64,000 nucleotides of DNA, taken from assembly GCA_012840395.1 (NCBI GenBank), contig DULL01000083.1, positions 9,316 through 73,315 on the forward strand, in the 5' to 3' direction. How positions within the stretch are numbered: the stretch's first letter is position 1; every line of letters begins with the position of its first letter. Below are positions 38,486-47,733 of the stretch, in pieces. A program made the translations under genes and the position numbers. The DNA is from Clostridiaceae bacterium (GTDB taxonomy: Bacteria > Bacillota > Clostridia > Acetivibrionales > DULL01). The notes below the pieces were generated by a model. It made no database searches, was not told the DNA's origin, and was given only the letters and a program-made list of their open reading frames with translations.

Positions 38486-39247
38486 ATGAAATATTTAAGG
38501 TTTAAGTATAATGGAACAACCAGATATGGAATACTTGAAGGAGATATTATTAAAGAAATTTCCGGAAATTTTTTTGAAGAATTCGGCTATACCGGCAGGG
38601 AATTTGAACTTGATGAAGTAAAGCTCCTTGCTCCCTGTATTCCTTCAAAGGTGGTGGCAGTTGGCCTTAATTATATATCTCATATAAAAGAGTTTGGTGA
38701 CCGGAAAATTCCCTCAAACCCGACTCTGTTTATTAAATTGCCTCATACAATAATTGGACCGGGAGATGATATTATACGGCCCAAGGGTGCTGAAAGAGTT
38801 GATTTCGAAGCAGAGCTGGCTGTTGTTATCAGCAAGCCCTGTAAAAATATCAGCGCGGATAAGGCAGATGATTATATTCTTGGAGCAACGTGCTTAAATG
38901 ATGTTACAGAAAGAAGTATTCAGGCAATGGATGGACAATGGACAAGAGCCAAAAATTTTGAAACATTTTGTCCCATAGGTCCTTACATTGTTAATGATAT
39001 TGACTATAATGCTCTGGATATTAAATCTTATCTCAATGGAGAAATAAAGCAGTCTTCAAATACAAATAATTTAATCTGGAAAGTACAGGAGTTAGTAAGC
39101 TTTATTTCACGTGTAATTCCGTTGAAACCAGGGGATATTGTTTCTACAGGCACCCCTTCAGGGGTGGGTGCCATGAAAAACGGTGATATTATAGAGATTG
39201 ATATAGAAGGTATTGGCAGACTAAGAAATCAAGTTCGGGAGGAATAA
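38486..39247 (+). CDS. Fumarylacetoacetate hydrolase (FAH) family protein
   Basis: 253 aa with VVAVGLNYISH...VDFEAELAVVI...GDIVSTGTPSGVG. Confidence 0.85.
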   Translation: MKYLRFKYNGTTRYGILEGDIIKEISGNFFEEFGYTGREFELDEVKLLAPCIPSKVVAVGLNYISHIKEFGDRKIPSNPTLFIKLPHTIIGPGDDIIRPKGAERVDFEAELAVVISKPCKNISADKADDYILGATCLNDVTERSIQAMDGQWTRAKNFETFCPIGPYIVNDIDYNALDIKSYLNGEIKQSSNTNNLIWKVQELVSFISRVIPLKPGDIVSTGTPSGVGAMKNGDIIEIDIEGIGRLRNQVREE

Positions 39248-39249
39248 GT

Positions 39250-41154
39250 ATGATTAAAGTAACACTAAAAGATGGGAGTATTAAAGAATATAGCAAAGGA
39301 ACAACTCTTTTAGAGGTAGCCCAAAGTATAAGCGCCGGCCTGGTTAGAATGGCTCTTGCCGGTGAGGTTGATGGTGAAGTGAAAGATTTAAAATACAGGC
39401 TTGAAAAGGATTGCACTATAAAATTCCTTACTTTCGATGATGAAGGTGGAAGAGATGCTTACAGGCATACTACTTCCCATATTATGGCCCAGGCAGTAAA
39501 AAGACTGTATCCTGATGCCAAACTTGCCATAGGTCCGGCAATTGAAAATGGTTTTTACTATGATTTCGATATGGAAAAGACTTTGTCAATTGATGACCTT
39601 GCAGAAATAGAAAAAGAAATGGAAAAAATAATAAAAGAAGATTATGAGATTGAAAGATTTACTTTGCCGAGAGACGAAGCTATTAAGTTCATGCAGGAAA
39701 GAGGAGAACCCTATAAAGAAGAATTGATTACCGAATTGCCTGAAGGAGAAGAAATTTCTTTCTACAGACAAGGTGATTTTATTGACTTATGCGCAGGACC
39801 TCATTTGACTTCCACCGGTCATGTAAAGGCTGTTAAACTGCTGTCTGTTGCAGGAGCCTATTGGCGTGGAAATGAGAAAAATAAAATGTTGCAGAGAATT
39901 TACGGTACATCTTTTCCCAAAAAGAGTCTATTGGATGAGTATGTATTCAGAATGGAAGAGGCAAAAAAGAGAGATCACAGAAAACTTGGAAAAGAGCTTG
40001 ACTTGTTCACTATAATGGAGGAAGGTCCTGGATTCCCATTCTTCCTGCCTAAAGGTATGATTATAAGGAATATTCTGGAGGATTATTGGCGCCAGGAGCA
40101 TAAAAAGAGAGGTTACCAGGAAATCAAAACTCCCATTATACTTAGCGAAGAATTATGGCATCGTTCCGGCCACTGGGACCATTATAAGGAAAACATGTAC
40201 TTTACCAAGATAGATGAGGGAGACTATGCAATTAAGCCAATGAACTGCCCTGGTGGAATACTTGTTTACAAGAGAAAGCTCCATTCCTACAGAGACCTGC
40301 CTCAAAGAATGGGAGAACTTGGCTTGGTTCACAGGCATGAACTTTCAGGTGCATTACATGGATTAATGCGTGTAAGATGCTTTACTCAGGATGATGCTCA
40401 TATATTTATGACACCTGAGCAGATAGAAGATGAGGTTGTAGGTGTAATCGAACTTATTGATGAGTTCTATAAGGTCTTTGGATTCAAATATCATATTGAG
40501 CTGTCAACAAGACCTGAAAATTCAATGGGTACCGAAGAGCAGTGGGAAGTTGCAACAAACGCCTTAAAAAATGCACTTGTTGCAAGAAACCTGGAATTCA
40601 AAATTAATGAGGGTGACGGAGCTTTCTACGGACCAAAGATTGATTTCCATCTTGAAGATTCAATTGGGCGTACCTGGCAGTGCGGCACAATACAGCTGGA
40701 TTTCCAGATGCCTGAACGCTTTGACCTGACCTATATAGGTGCTGATGGAGAAAAACACAGGCCTGTCATGATTCACAGGGTTGTTTTCGGAAGTATAGAA
40801 AGATTTATCGCCATATTGGTAGAACATTATGCAGGCGCTTTCCCTGCCTGGCTGGCTCCGGTGCAGGTAAAAATATTGCCTTTGGTTGACAAGCATCATG
40901 ACTATGCTTTTGAAGTAAAGAAAAAACTGGAGGATATGGATATAAGGGTTGAAATAGACCTGAGAAATGAGAAAATAGGCTATAAAATCAGGGAAGCACA
41001 GCTTGAAAAGGTGCCCTATATGTTAGTTATAGGAGACAAAGAAGTAGAAAACAGCCAGGTTGCAGTAAGATCAAGAGCTGAGGGAGATCTTGGCGCTATG
41101 GATGTAGAAAAGTTTATTGATAAAATTACCAAAGAAATAAAGGAAAAAAGATAA
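39250..41154 (+). CDS. thrS: Threonyl-tRNA synthetase
   Basis: 634 aa with a TGS domain (MIKVTLKDGSIKEY), an editing domain (HTTSHIMAQAV), a class II core and an anticodon-binding domain. It starts 3 nt after the FAH-family stop codon. Confidence 0.97.
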   Translation: MIKVTLKDGSIKEYSKGTTLLEVAQSISAGLVRMALAGEVDGEVKDLKYRLEKDCTIKFLTFDDEGGRDAYRHTTSHIMAQAVKRLYPDAKLAIGPAIENGFYYDFDMEKTLSIDDLAEIEKEMEKIIKEDYEIERFTLPRDEAIKFMQERGEPYKEELITELPEGEEISFYRQGDFIDLCAGPHLTSTGHVKAVKLLSVAGAYWRGNEKNKMLQRIYGTSFPKKSLLDEYVFRMEEAKKRDHRKLGKELDLFTIMEEGPGFPFFLPKGMIIRNILEDYWRQEHKKRGYQEIKTPIILSEELWHRSGHWDHYKENMYFTKIDEGDYAIKPMNCPGGILVYKRKLHSYRDLPQRMGELGLVHRHELSGALHGLMRVRCFTQDDAHIFMTPEQIEDEVVGVIELIDEFYKVFGFKYHIELSTRPENSMGTEEQWEVATNALKNALVARNLEFKINEGDGAFYGPKIDFHLEDSIGRTWQCGTIQLDFQMPERFDLTYIGADGEKHRPVMIHRVVFGSIERFIAILVEHYAGAFPAWLAPVQVKILPLVDKHHDYAFEVKKKLEDMDIRVEIDLRNEKIGYKIREAQLEKVPYMLVIGDKEVENSQVAVRSRAEGDLGAMDVEKFIDKITKEIKEKR

Positions 41155-41205
41155 TGGAGTCAAATGGGAGAAAGGTCAATAAACCAAAAAATTTTTATTG
41201 ACAAC

Positions 41206-41235
41206 TTGACATTTACTCGCATATTCTGATATTAT
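41206..41235 (+). promoter_or_regulatory. Sigma-A-type promoter of the infC operon
   Basis: TTGACA (41206-41211), 18-nt spacer, TATTAT (41230-41235). A second TTGACA lies at 41198-41203. Confidence 0.55.
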
Positions 41236-41385
41236 GTAATAGCTAAAACAAAGAAGAAGTCATCCACTTCTCACCCTATGGCAATTGCCTCCAGGGTTAA
41301 TATTGTAAGCATGAGTGTTATACTCGTATTTGCATTGGTGTATTTAAGAGTGGATTGATTTTCTTTCAATCCACTTTAGTTTTAT
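41236..41385 (+). promoter_or_regulatory. infC-rpmI-rplT leader with attenuator (L20-leader-like)
   Basis: Terminator AGTGGATTGA (41349-41358), loop TTTTCTT, TCAATCCACT (41366-41375), then a T-rich tract. An upstream copy of ATCCACT (41262-41268) could pair with the left arm as an alternative structure. Confidence 0.6.
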
Positions 41386-41450
41386 ATTAAGCATTTTATT
41401 GAGATGCATGAAGCAAAAGCTTCTTGCCAAAATATATTTGGAGGTGTTTT

Positions 41451-41966
41451 ATTATCAGTAAAAACGAATTAATGATTAATGAGGAAATCAGGGATAAGGA
41501 AGTAAGATTAATTGACACTGACGGTACCATGTTAGGTATAATGTCTGCAAAGGAAGCTCAAAAGCTGGCAAATTCCAAAAACCTGGATCTTGTAAAAATT
41601 GCCCCTAATGCAACGCCACCTGTTTGTAAGATTATGGACTATGGCAAATACATGTTTGAGCTGTCTAAGAAAGAAAAGGAAGCCAGAAAGAATCAAAAGG
41701 TTATTTCAGTTAAGGAAGTATGGCTCAAACCTACAATTGAAGAACATGATTTTCAATTTAAGGCAAGAAATGCCTGCAAATTCCTTAAAGATGGTGACAA
41801 GGTAAAGGTAGGTGTAAGATTTAGGGGACGGGAAATGCAATACACCTCATTAGGGCAGGAAGTACTCGATAAATTTGCGGAATACACCAAAGAAGTGGGT
41901 GTTGTTGAAAAGAAACCCAGACTTGAAGGAAGAAATATGATTATGATATTGAATCCGAAGAATTAA
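41451..41966 (+). CDS. infC: Translation initiation factor IF-3, with a non-canonical start codon
   Basis: The IF-3 sequence ([23 protein letters not shown]...) begins right after GGAGGTG (41440-41446). The only plausible starts are ATT 41451 or ATC 41454. The TTG 41424 given by the ORF track lies upstream of the RBS. Confidence 0.9.
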   Translation: MISKNELMINEEIRDKEVRLIDTDGTMLGIMSAKEAQKLANSKNLDLVKIAPNATPPVCKIMDYGKYMFELSKKEKEARKNQKVISVKEVWLKPTIEEHDFQFKARNACKFLKDGDKVKVGVRFRGREMQYTSLGQEVLDKFAEYTKEVGVVEKKPRLEGRNMIMILNPKN

Positions 41967-42041
41967 CAAGTCTAAAGTGCATTGCTTTTGACAACGGTTT
42001 TATGACAACGAATATTTAACTTTCAGGAAGGAAGGATGTTT

Positions 42042-42239
42042 ATGCCTAAGATTAAGACACACAGTTCTTCAAAAAAGAGGTTTAAGCTTACGGGAACAGG
42101 CAAGGTAAAAAGGGCAAAGGCTTATAAGAGCCATATACTTACAAAGAAAACTTCTAAAAGAAAGAGAAACTTGAGGAAAGCAACAGTTGCATCGGAGGCT
42201 AATGCTGCCACCGTACGAAAGATGATTCCATACAAGTAA
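42042..42239 (+). CDS. rpmI: 50S ribosomal protein L35
   Basis: [24 protein letters not shown]... Confidence 0.95.
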   Translation: MPKIKTHSSSKKRFKLTGTGKVKRAKAYKSHILTKKTSKRKRNLRKATVASEANAATVRKMIPYK

Positions 42240-42256
42240 GAAGGAGGAGAATAGCT

Positions 42257-42607
42257 ATGGCAAGAGTAAAAGGTGGGGTTAGAACCCGTGCAAGACATAA
42301 AAAGATATTGAAGCTTGCAAAAGGATATTTCGGAGGCAAGAGCACCAAGTTCAGAGTTGCCAACCAGGCTGTTATGAAATCCCTTTCCTATGCATACAGG
42401 GATAGAAGAGCAAAGAAAAGAGATTTCAGAAAATTATGGATTACAAGAATTAATGCCGCAGCAAGAATGAATGGCATGTCATATAGCAGATTCATGAATG
42501 CCTTGAAAAAATCAGGTATTAATTTGAACAGAAAAGTACTGGCCGACATGGCTGTTAATGATGCTCAGGCTTTTGCTCAGTTAGTAGGCCAAATAAAAAA
42601 TGTTTAA
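42257..42607 (+). CDS. rplT: 50S ribosomal protein L20
   Basis: [26 protein letters not shown]... Confidence 0.97.
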   Translation: MARVKGGVRTRARHKKILKLAKGYFGGKSTKFRVANQAVMKSLSYAYRDRRAKKRDFRKLWITRINAAARMNGMSYSRFMNALKKSGINLNRKVLADMAVNDAQAFAQLVGQIKNV

Positions 42608-42634
42608 TTGAATGCTTACCAAACATCATACATT

Positions 42635-42668
42635 AACAAATAAAGGGGCGCTAAGCCCTTTATTTGTT
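42635..42668 (+). terminator. Rho-independent terminator after rplT
   Basis: AACAAATAAAGGG (42635-42647), 8-nt loop, CCCTTTATTTGTT (42656-42668). Perfect 13 bp. Confidence 0.8.
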
Positions 42669-42728
42669 ATGGGCGTGAAAATGTCTAATATTTTGCCATG
42701 CAGTGGTTTTACGGGAGGTTTTTTCAGG

Positions 42729-43529
42729 ATGAAAAAAATAACCAGCAGTCAAAATCCCCTTGTGAGAGAGGCAAAAGCCCTAAAAAACAGAAAATACAGG
42801 GATGAAAAAGGGCTTTTCTTAATTGAAGGGGAAAAACTGTTGAAAGAAGCGGTACAAGAGAAGGCAGAAATAATAAAGGTTTTTCTCTCAGAAGAATATA
42901 TAAAGGAAAAATCATATGATTTGTTTTCATCAGAATTACTGAAACATGATACTATAATTCTAAGTGACAGATTGTTTAAAGAAATAAGCGATACCGAAAC
43001 CCCCCAGGGAATAATTGCGGTGGTTAAACAGAGTAAGCACACTTTGAGTGATATTATGGCTAATAACAGAAACATTATTATCCTTGAAGAAATCCAGGAT
43101 CCGGGCAATATGGGTACAATAATCAGAACAGCCGATGCTGCAGGATTTTCAGGAGTGATAACAACAAAGGGCTGTGTTGATGTCTATAGTCCAAAAGTTA
43201 TACGGTCTACCATGGGATCTATATTCCGTATTCCTGTATGTACCGGGGCCGGCATATCAGAAATAATCAGCAGGCTTAAGGCTGAAGGTATAAAGGTATA
43301 TGCCTCTCATCTTGAAGGTAAAGCCAGTCTGTATGATATTGATTTGAGATCTGACATGGCAATAATAATTGGAAATGAATCAAGAGGTTTAAGTAAGGAA
43401 GCATCTGCAAGTGCAGATGCCCTGGTGCAAATACCTATGCTTGGAGGAGCTGAATCTTTAAATGCCTCGGTTGCAGCAGCAATTCTCATGTATGAATGTG
43501 TACGACAAAGACTGACAAAAGACACTTGA
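42729..43529 (+). CDS. TrmH/SpoU-family RNA 2'-O-methyltransferase
   Basis: NMGTIIRTADAAGF, IIIGNESRGLS, IPMLGGAESLNASVAAAILMYE. ATG 42729 follows GGGAGG. The upstream part of the track ORF spans the rplT terminator. Confidence 0.85.
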   Translation: MKKITSSQNPLVREAKALKNRKYRDEKGLFLIEGEKLLKEAVQEKAEIIKVFLSEEYIKEKSYDLFSSELLKHDTIILSDRLFKEISDTETPQGIIAVVKQSKHTLSDIMANNRNIIILEEIQDPGNMGTIIRTADAAGFSGVITTKGCVDVYSPKVIRSTMGSIFRIPVCTGAGISEIISRLKAEGIKVYASHLEGKASLYDIDLRSDMAIIIGNESRGLSKEASASADALVQIPMLGGAESLNASVAAAILMYECVRQRLTKDT

Positions 43530-43539
43530 AGTGAATATG

Positions 43540-43932
43540 TCAAAATATATTATCAAGTGTGGGTAACTCTTTATCCGGTACATGAGTAATAAGATCTTTT
43601 AATACTGATATTTCAGCCAAAGCAAGAGGTAAGTCTTTTTCCTCAATATATATTCTGGCTCTGGCCAGGGAAATGGTAATGCTGTCAATTTCCCCATGGT
43701 CTGTAAGAGTAGCCCAGACTTTTTTTACTTTATTCCACTTTTCTTCCATTACAGATAATTCTTCTTTCGCAAGTTCCCATTTATTAGTGTTTGCATATTC
43801 TTCTACCTTTTCCAGATACAAATATAGCTCTTTGGCAGATCTATCCAGATAAAGTGATGTAATTATACCAGAGATAATAATTAATGCGAATAAAGAGATA
43901 ATATAAATAATTATCATAATAGAATGTTTCAT
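43540..43932 (-). CDS. DUF4363-like small membrane-anchored protein
   Basis: 130 aa with an N-terminal TM segment and a helical rest. Lies downstream of a DUF421 gene, a recurrent pairing in Clostridia (recalled from memory). Confidence 0.5.
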   Translation of the reverse strand: MKHSIMIIIYIISLFALIIISGIITSLYLDRSAKELYLYLEKVEEYANTNKWELAKEELSVMEEKWNKVKKVWATLTDHGEIDSITISLARARIYIEEKDLPLALAEISVLKDLITHVPDKELPTLDNIF

Positions 43933-43935
43933 AAA

Positions 43936-44622
43936 TCAGCTCACCTTGTTACAAGACTTTTTTTGACAATAAAGATTACCGCTGGAGTCCAGGCTTGCAT
44001 AAAAAACATCTTTGGCGCTTCGGATTCCTAATTTTTCTAACTCAGCCTGAAGCCAATTGATATCAAGTTTTGCTTTGGCAAGGTTTTTGTAGTTAATGTC
44101 ACCATCCATAATAATATCCAGGGATATTCCTTCGTATTCAGTGGGAATGTTCAAATCTTTAGGGGTTACAGGCCTTTTCTGGGATTTAGGTATAATACTT
44201 ACCTGGCCGTTGGTTTCAAGAATTGCATACTCCACATCTGAAATGTTGGGATAGTTATTTATTCTCAGTTGTTCCAGAAGGTCGTTAATTGTATACATCT
44301 CTTTTTTAAGCTGTTCTTCCAGAATTCTTCCATTTTCAATGAGAATGGTTGGCCTGCCGCATATTATTGTTCTGCCTCTATTGCTCTTTATACTAATAAA
44401 AGAAATGGTTATCTGTGCAGCTAATAAAGTTATTATTGGTATAATACCATAAACAAGCGGAATACCTGTATTTTGCATTGGTACTGAAGCAAGTTCTGAG
44501 ATCATTATAGCAATTACCAGTTCAAAAGGCTGGAGCTGACCAATCTGTCTTTTACCCATAAGTCTCATTACAAGAACTACCAGAACATACAAAATCAATG
44601 TACGGACAAAAACTACAAGCAC
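43936..44622 (-). CDS. DUF421 (YetF-like) membrane protein
   Basis: 228 aa: N-terminal TM helices (MRLMGKRQIGQLQPFELVIAIMI) plus a C-terminal soluble domain. Confidence 0.7.
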   Translation of the reverse strand: MLVVFVRTLILYVLVVLVMRLMGKRQIGQLQPFELVIAIMISELASVPMQNTGIPLVYGIIPIITLLAAQITISFISIKSNRGRTIICGRPTILIENGRILEEQLKKEMYTINDLLEQLRINNYPNISDVEYAILETNGQVSIIPKSQKRPVTPKDLNIPTEYEGISLDIIMDGDINYKNLAKAKLDINWLQAELEKLGIRSAKDVFYASLDSSGNLYCQKKSCNKVS

Positions 44623-44828
44623 ATAATCATCCTCCTGTTATTTCCTGGTTCACTAACTAATTAATTCTTCAAATAGCAGAATTATATGACAGTAAAATAT
44701 AAAAAACCCTATTTTTCGGTTATTGTATTTATATTTATTTCGAAGTATAATAAATTTATACATAAAATGAGCATTTTCTTTTTATTTCAACCAATATATT
44801 AAAAAAACTTGGTTTTTAAGAGGTTGTT

Positions 44829-45893
44829 ATGTATACGTATACGGATTTTTTAAACCTAATAAAATATGCCAGAGAAGCAAATGCTACAAATATACATCTT
44901 GTAGCAGGAGCTGTTCCGGCTATACGCGTTGAAGGAAGGCTTTTATATACTCCTTTTGAGACTGTACTTCCAAAGGATACCGAGATGTTTGCAAATGAGA
45001 TACTTAACGAAGAACAAAAAAGCATACTGAATAAAAACTTTTATATCAGTGTCCCAATTTCACCGAAAAATATCGGAAGACTAAGAGTAAATATATTCAA
45101 ACAAAGGAATTCCTATTCTATTAATATTAAATTACTGGATAAGGTTTTAAAAAATCCTGAAGAACTGGGCATACCTCAATCAGTAATAAACTTATGCAAT
45201 GAGAAAAGCGGGCTTATTCTTGTCTGTGGAAACACCGACAGCGGAAGATCAACAACTATGGCATCCTTGATTAAAAAGATTAGTTCAACCAGAGAATGCC
45301 ATATTATTACTATTGAAGATCCAATTGAGTACTTATTTAAACATGATAAGGCAATTGTAAATCAAAAAGAAGTAGGAATAGACGTGAATAGTTTTGAAGA
45401 AGGCATTTATTCAGCAATAACTCAGGATGCAGATGTAATAATGGTAAGCTCAGCTATAGATCCAGCCACATTTTCTGCAGTGCTTACTGCTGCAGAGGAC
45501 GGGCATCTTGTCATTACATCTCTTCATACAGATGATTCAATTTCAACCATAGAATATATAATCGGTATGTATCCTGCAGAAAAAAGCAATTATATAAAAA
45601 TACAGCTTAGCCATTTACTATTGGCAATAGTATCTCAATGTCTTATACCTGGTGTTGATAATGTGGGAAATAAGCTTGCTGTTGAAGTGATGATTGCAAA
45701 CCAGGCAATGCAAAACCTCATTCTGGAAAATAAAATTCACCAGATACCTACGTTAATAAGGGCAAGCAAATCCATTGGAATGATAACTATGGAGGATTCA
45801 ATAAATGAACTGTATACATCAGGCTTGATATCTAAGGAAAGCGCTTTGAGCTATCTGTCTAATAGAAAATATTCTTTAGGAAGATCAAACTGA
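44829..45893 (+). CDS. PilT-like type IV pilus retraction ATPase homolog with degenerate catalytic motifs
   Basis: Collinear with PilT (NIHLVAGAVPAIRVEG, RLRVNIFKQ, TIEDPIEY, GHLVITSLHT). Walker A reads GNTDSGRST (Arg AGA at 45246-45248 where Lys is expected). Walker B reads DVIMVSSAID (Ser-Ser at 45447-45452 where PilT has Gly-Glu). Confidence 0.8.
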   Translation: MYTYTDFLNLIKYAREANATNIHLVAGAVPAIRVEGRLLYTPFETVLPKDTEMFANEILNEEQKSILNKNFYISVPISPKNIGRLRVNIFKQRNSYSINIKLLDKVLKNPEELGIPQSVINLCNEKSGLILVCGNTDSGRSTTMASLIKKISSTRECHIITIEDPIEYLFKHDKAIVNQKEVGIDVNSFEEGIYSAITQDADVIMVSSAIDPATFSAVLTAAEDGHLVITSLHTDDSISTIEYIIGMYPAEKSNYIKIQLSHLLLAIVSQCLIPGVDNVGNKLAVEVMIANQAMQNLILENKIHQIPTLIRASKSIGMITMEDSINELYTSGLISKESALSYLSNRKYSLGRSN

Positions 45894-45931
45894 AAAATAA
45901 AAAAGCACTGCAATAAGGAGTAAAATGTGCG

Positions 45932-47635
45932 TTGTTTAAAAGGACAAGCAGCAGTATAAAAAATTTAATGGAATTATACAGATATATATCGATTTTCCTA
46001 ACATTGTTCATATATGTAGTTCATGGTATATTCCAGAACTACAATATATCTGTAATGCTTATTCTGGTTTTTTGTGTAATTATATATGCTTTCCTTTTTG
46101 GATATCTTTATAATATAAGCTTCGGTGACAAACAACGGATGGTTATTCTGCTTTTACTGGATATTGCAGGCATATCCTTCCTGATACTGCTGACAGGGGG
46201 GCTGGATAGTTCATTTATATGGTGTTTCCTTAATCCGTTGCTTGTTATATCCTATTATGCACCTCTGCGACCAAAGGTTTTATCCCTTGCAGCCAGCATA
46301 ATGTTACTATGCATTATCGGCTATATTGTTGAAGGAAAGCCGGGCATTAGGCTTTATTTATTATCCAGGTCCAATATTATTTTGAGTTTTACTTTGTTAT
46401 TGATTCTTGTTAATATACTTTTCTATTATAGCAGCCTTTTAGTAAAGAAGCAGAAGGAGCTAAGCCTTGCAAATGAAACTCTTGAAAGCTACAACAGGAG
46501 AATTAAGGGGATGACACAGGATATTTTGCATTTGTATGAGGCTGTTCAGACCATTTCAGGTTTATCGGTCCAGCAGGATGTGGCTTCTATTTTACTTGAG
46601 TTTGCAGGGAAGGTTTTCCCTGAAGCTAATGCTTTTTATTATCTTGATGACAATGGAAATACCGACAAACTTATGACCTTAAATCCGATAGATGATAATA
46701 TTTGGGATAATCTGGTGGATGATGTTAAGAGTTTGAGTGTATATAATAATACTGGTGCTGTTTCTGGTATCAGCAGGAAATTAGTAATAAATTTAGTTGA
46801 CCAAAATTTTGTTGCAGTAATAACAAGAATAACGGAAATAAAAAACTACGGAGTAATCGGCCTCCTGGTTCCTAGAGAAAAATACGGAGAGAATAAGGAT
46901 GAATATGAATCAAACCTGCTGCTCATATCACAACTGGCAACAACATTTTTTGAAAAAATAGAAGACGAAGCAGTGGGCTGTGAACTTGCTGTAGCTGACG
47001 AACAGAACAGAATAGCTGAAGATATTCATGACAGCGTAGTACAAAGGCTTTTTGCCGCTTCCTGCTTTATATATGACACACTGAAGAAATGGAATAATTT
47101 AACTGATGAACAGAAAAAGGAACAACTAAATCTTATAATGGAAACTATACGGAGTTCACTGGAGGACCTCCGTTCCACAATATATAATTTAAGCAGCAAA
47201 AAGCAGAATATCGTGCTTTTCAGGGAGAGTTTAGCTTCCTATCTTGACCAGATGGAACGGCTCAGCGGTATAAACATACACCTGGATGCCCGGGGAGACC
47301 TGGACAGCCTTTCTCTCAATGCAAGAAAGGCTATTTACAGGATAATAACTGAGTGTACGGGGAATGCCGTAAAACATGCAAAGTGCAAGAATATATGGGT
47401 TCATTTGCTGATGGATGAGAAAAATACAAAATTAACCATAAAGGATGATGGAATTGGTTTTGATTTGAGAAATAATGGAAATCGCAGTAATAACGGCCTT
47501 GGATTATACAACATAAAAAGCCTTGTAAGAATTTACAAGGGCAATTTGGAAGTTTTATCGGGAAAAGGCTCTGGCTCAACGTTTAACATAGAATTTAATA
47601 ATGACAATATTCTGAAGAAACCGGAGGCATTATAA
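45932..47635 (+). CDS. Sensor histidine kinase, NarL/DegS class (HisKA_3), with a polytopic N-terminal sensor
   Basis: About 5-6 N-terminal TM helices, a central sensor-like region, an H-box (EQNRIAEDIHDSVVQRLF) and an HATPase_c domain (NAVKHA...DDGIGF...NGLGLYNI...GSGSTF). The start is uncertain (TTG 45932 or ATG 45968). Confidence 0.85.
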   Translation: MFKRTSSSIKNLMELYRYISIFLTLFIYVVHGIFQNYNISVMLILVFCVIIYAFLFGYLYNISFGDKQRMVILLLLDIAGISFLILLTGGLDSSFIWCFLNPLLVISYYAPLRPKVLSLAASIMLLCIIGYIVEGKPGIRLYLLSRSNIILSFTLLLILVNILFYYSSLLVKKQKELSLANETLESYNRRIKGMTQDILHLYEAVQTISGLSVQQDVASILLEFAGKVFPEANAFYYLDDNGNTDKLMTLNPIDDNIWDNLVDDVKSLSVYNNTGAVSGISRKLVINLVDQNFVAVITRITEIKNYGVIGLLVPREKYGENKDEYESNLLLISQLATTFFEKIEDEAVGCELAVADEQNRIAEDIHDSVVQRLFAASCFIYDTLKKWNNLTDEQKKEQLNLIMETIRSSLEDLRSTIYNLSSKKQNIVLFRESLASYLDQMERLSGINIHLDARGDLDSLSLNARKAIYRIITECTGNAVKHAKCKNIWVHLLMDEKNTKLTIKDDGIGFDLRNNGNRSNNGLGLYNIKSLVRIYKGNLEVLSGKGSGSTFNIEFNNDNILKKPEAL

Positions 47636-47733
47636 CGAGGATGTAAGAAATTTTTCAACAATCGAAATTTTTCTTATGAATCTGGACGTTATAAGAAATA
47701 AGAAGTGTGTGGTCTGAAGGACAAAGGGTGCAA

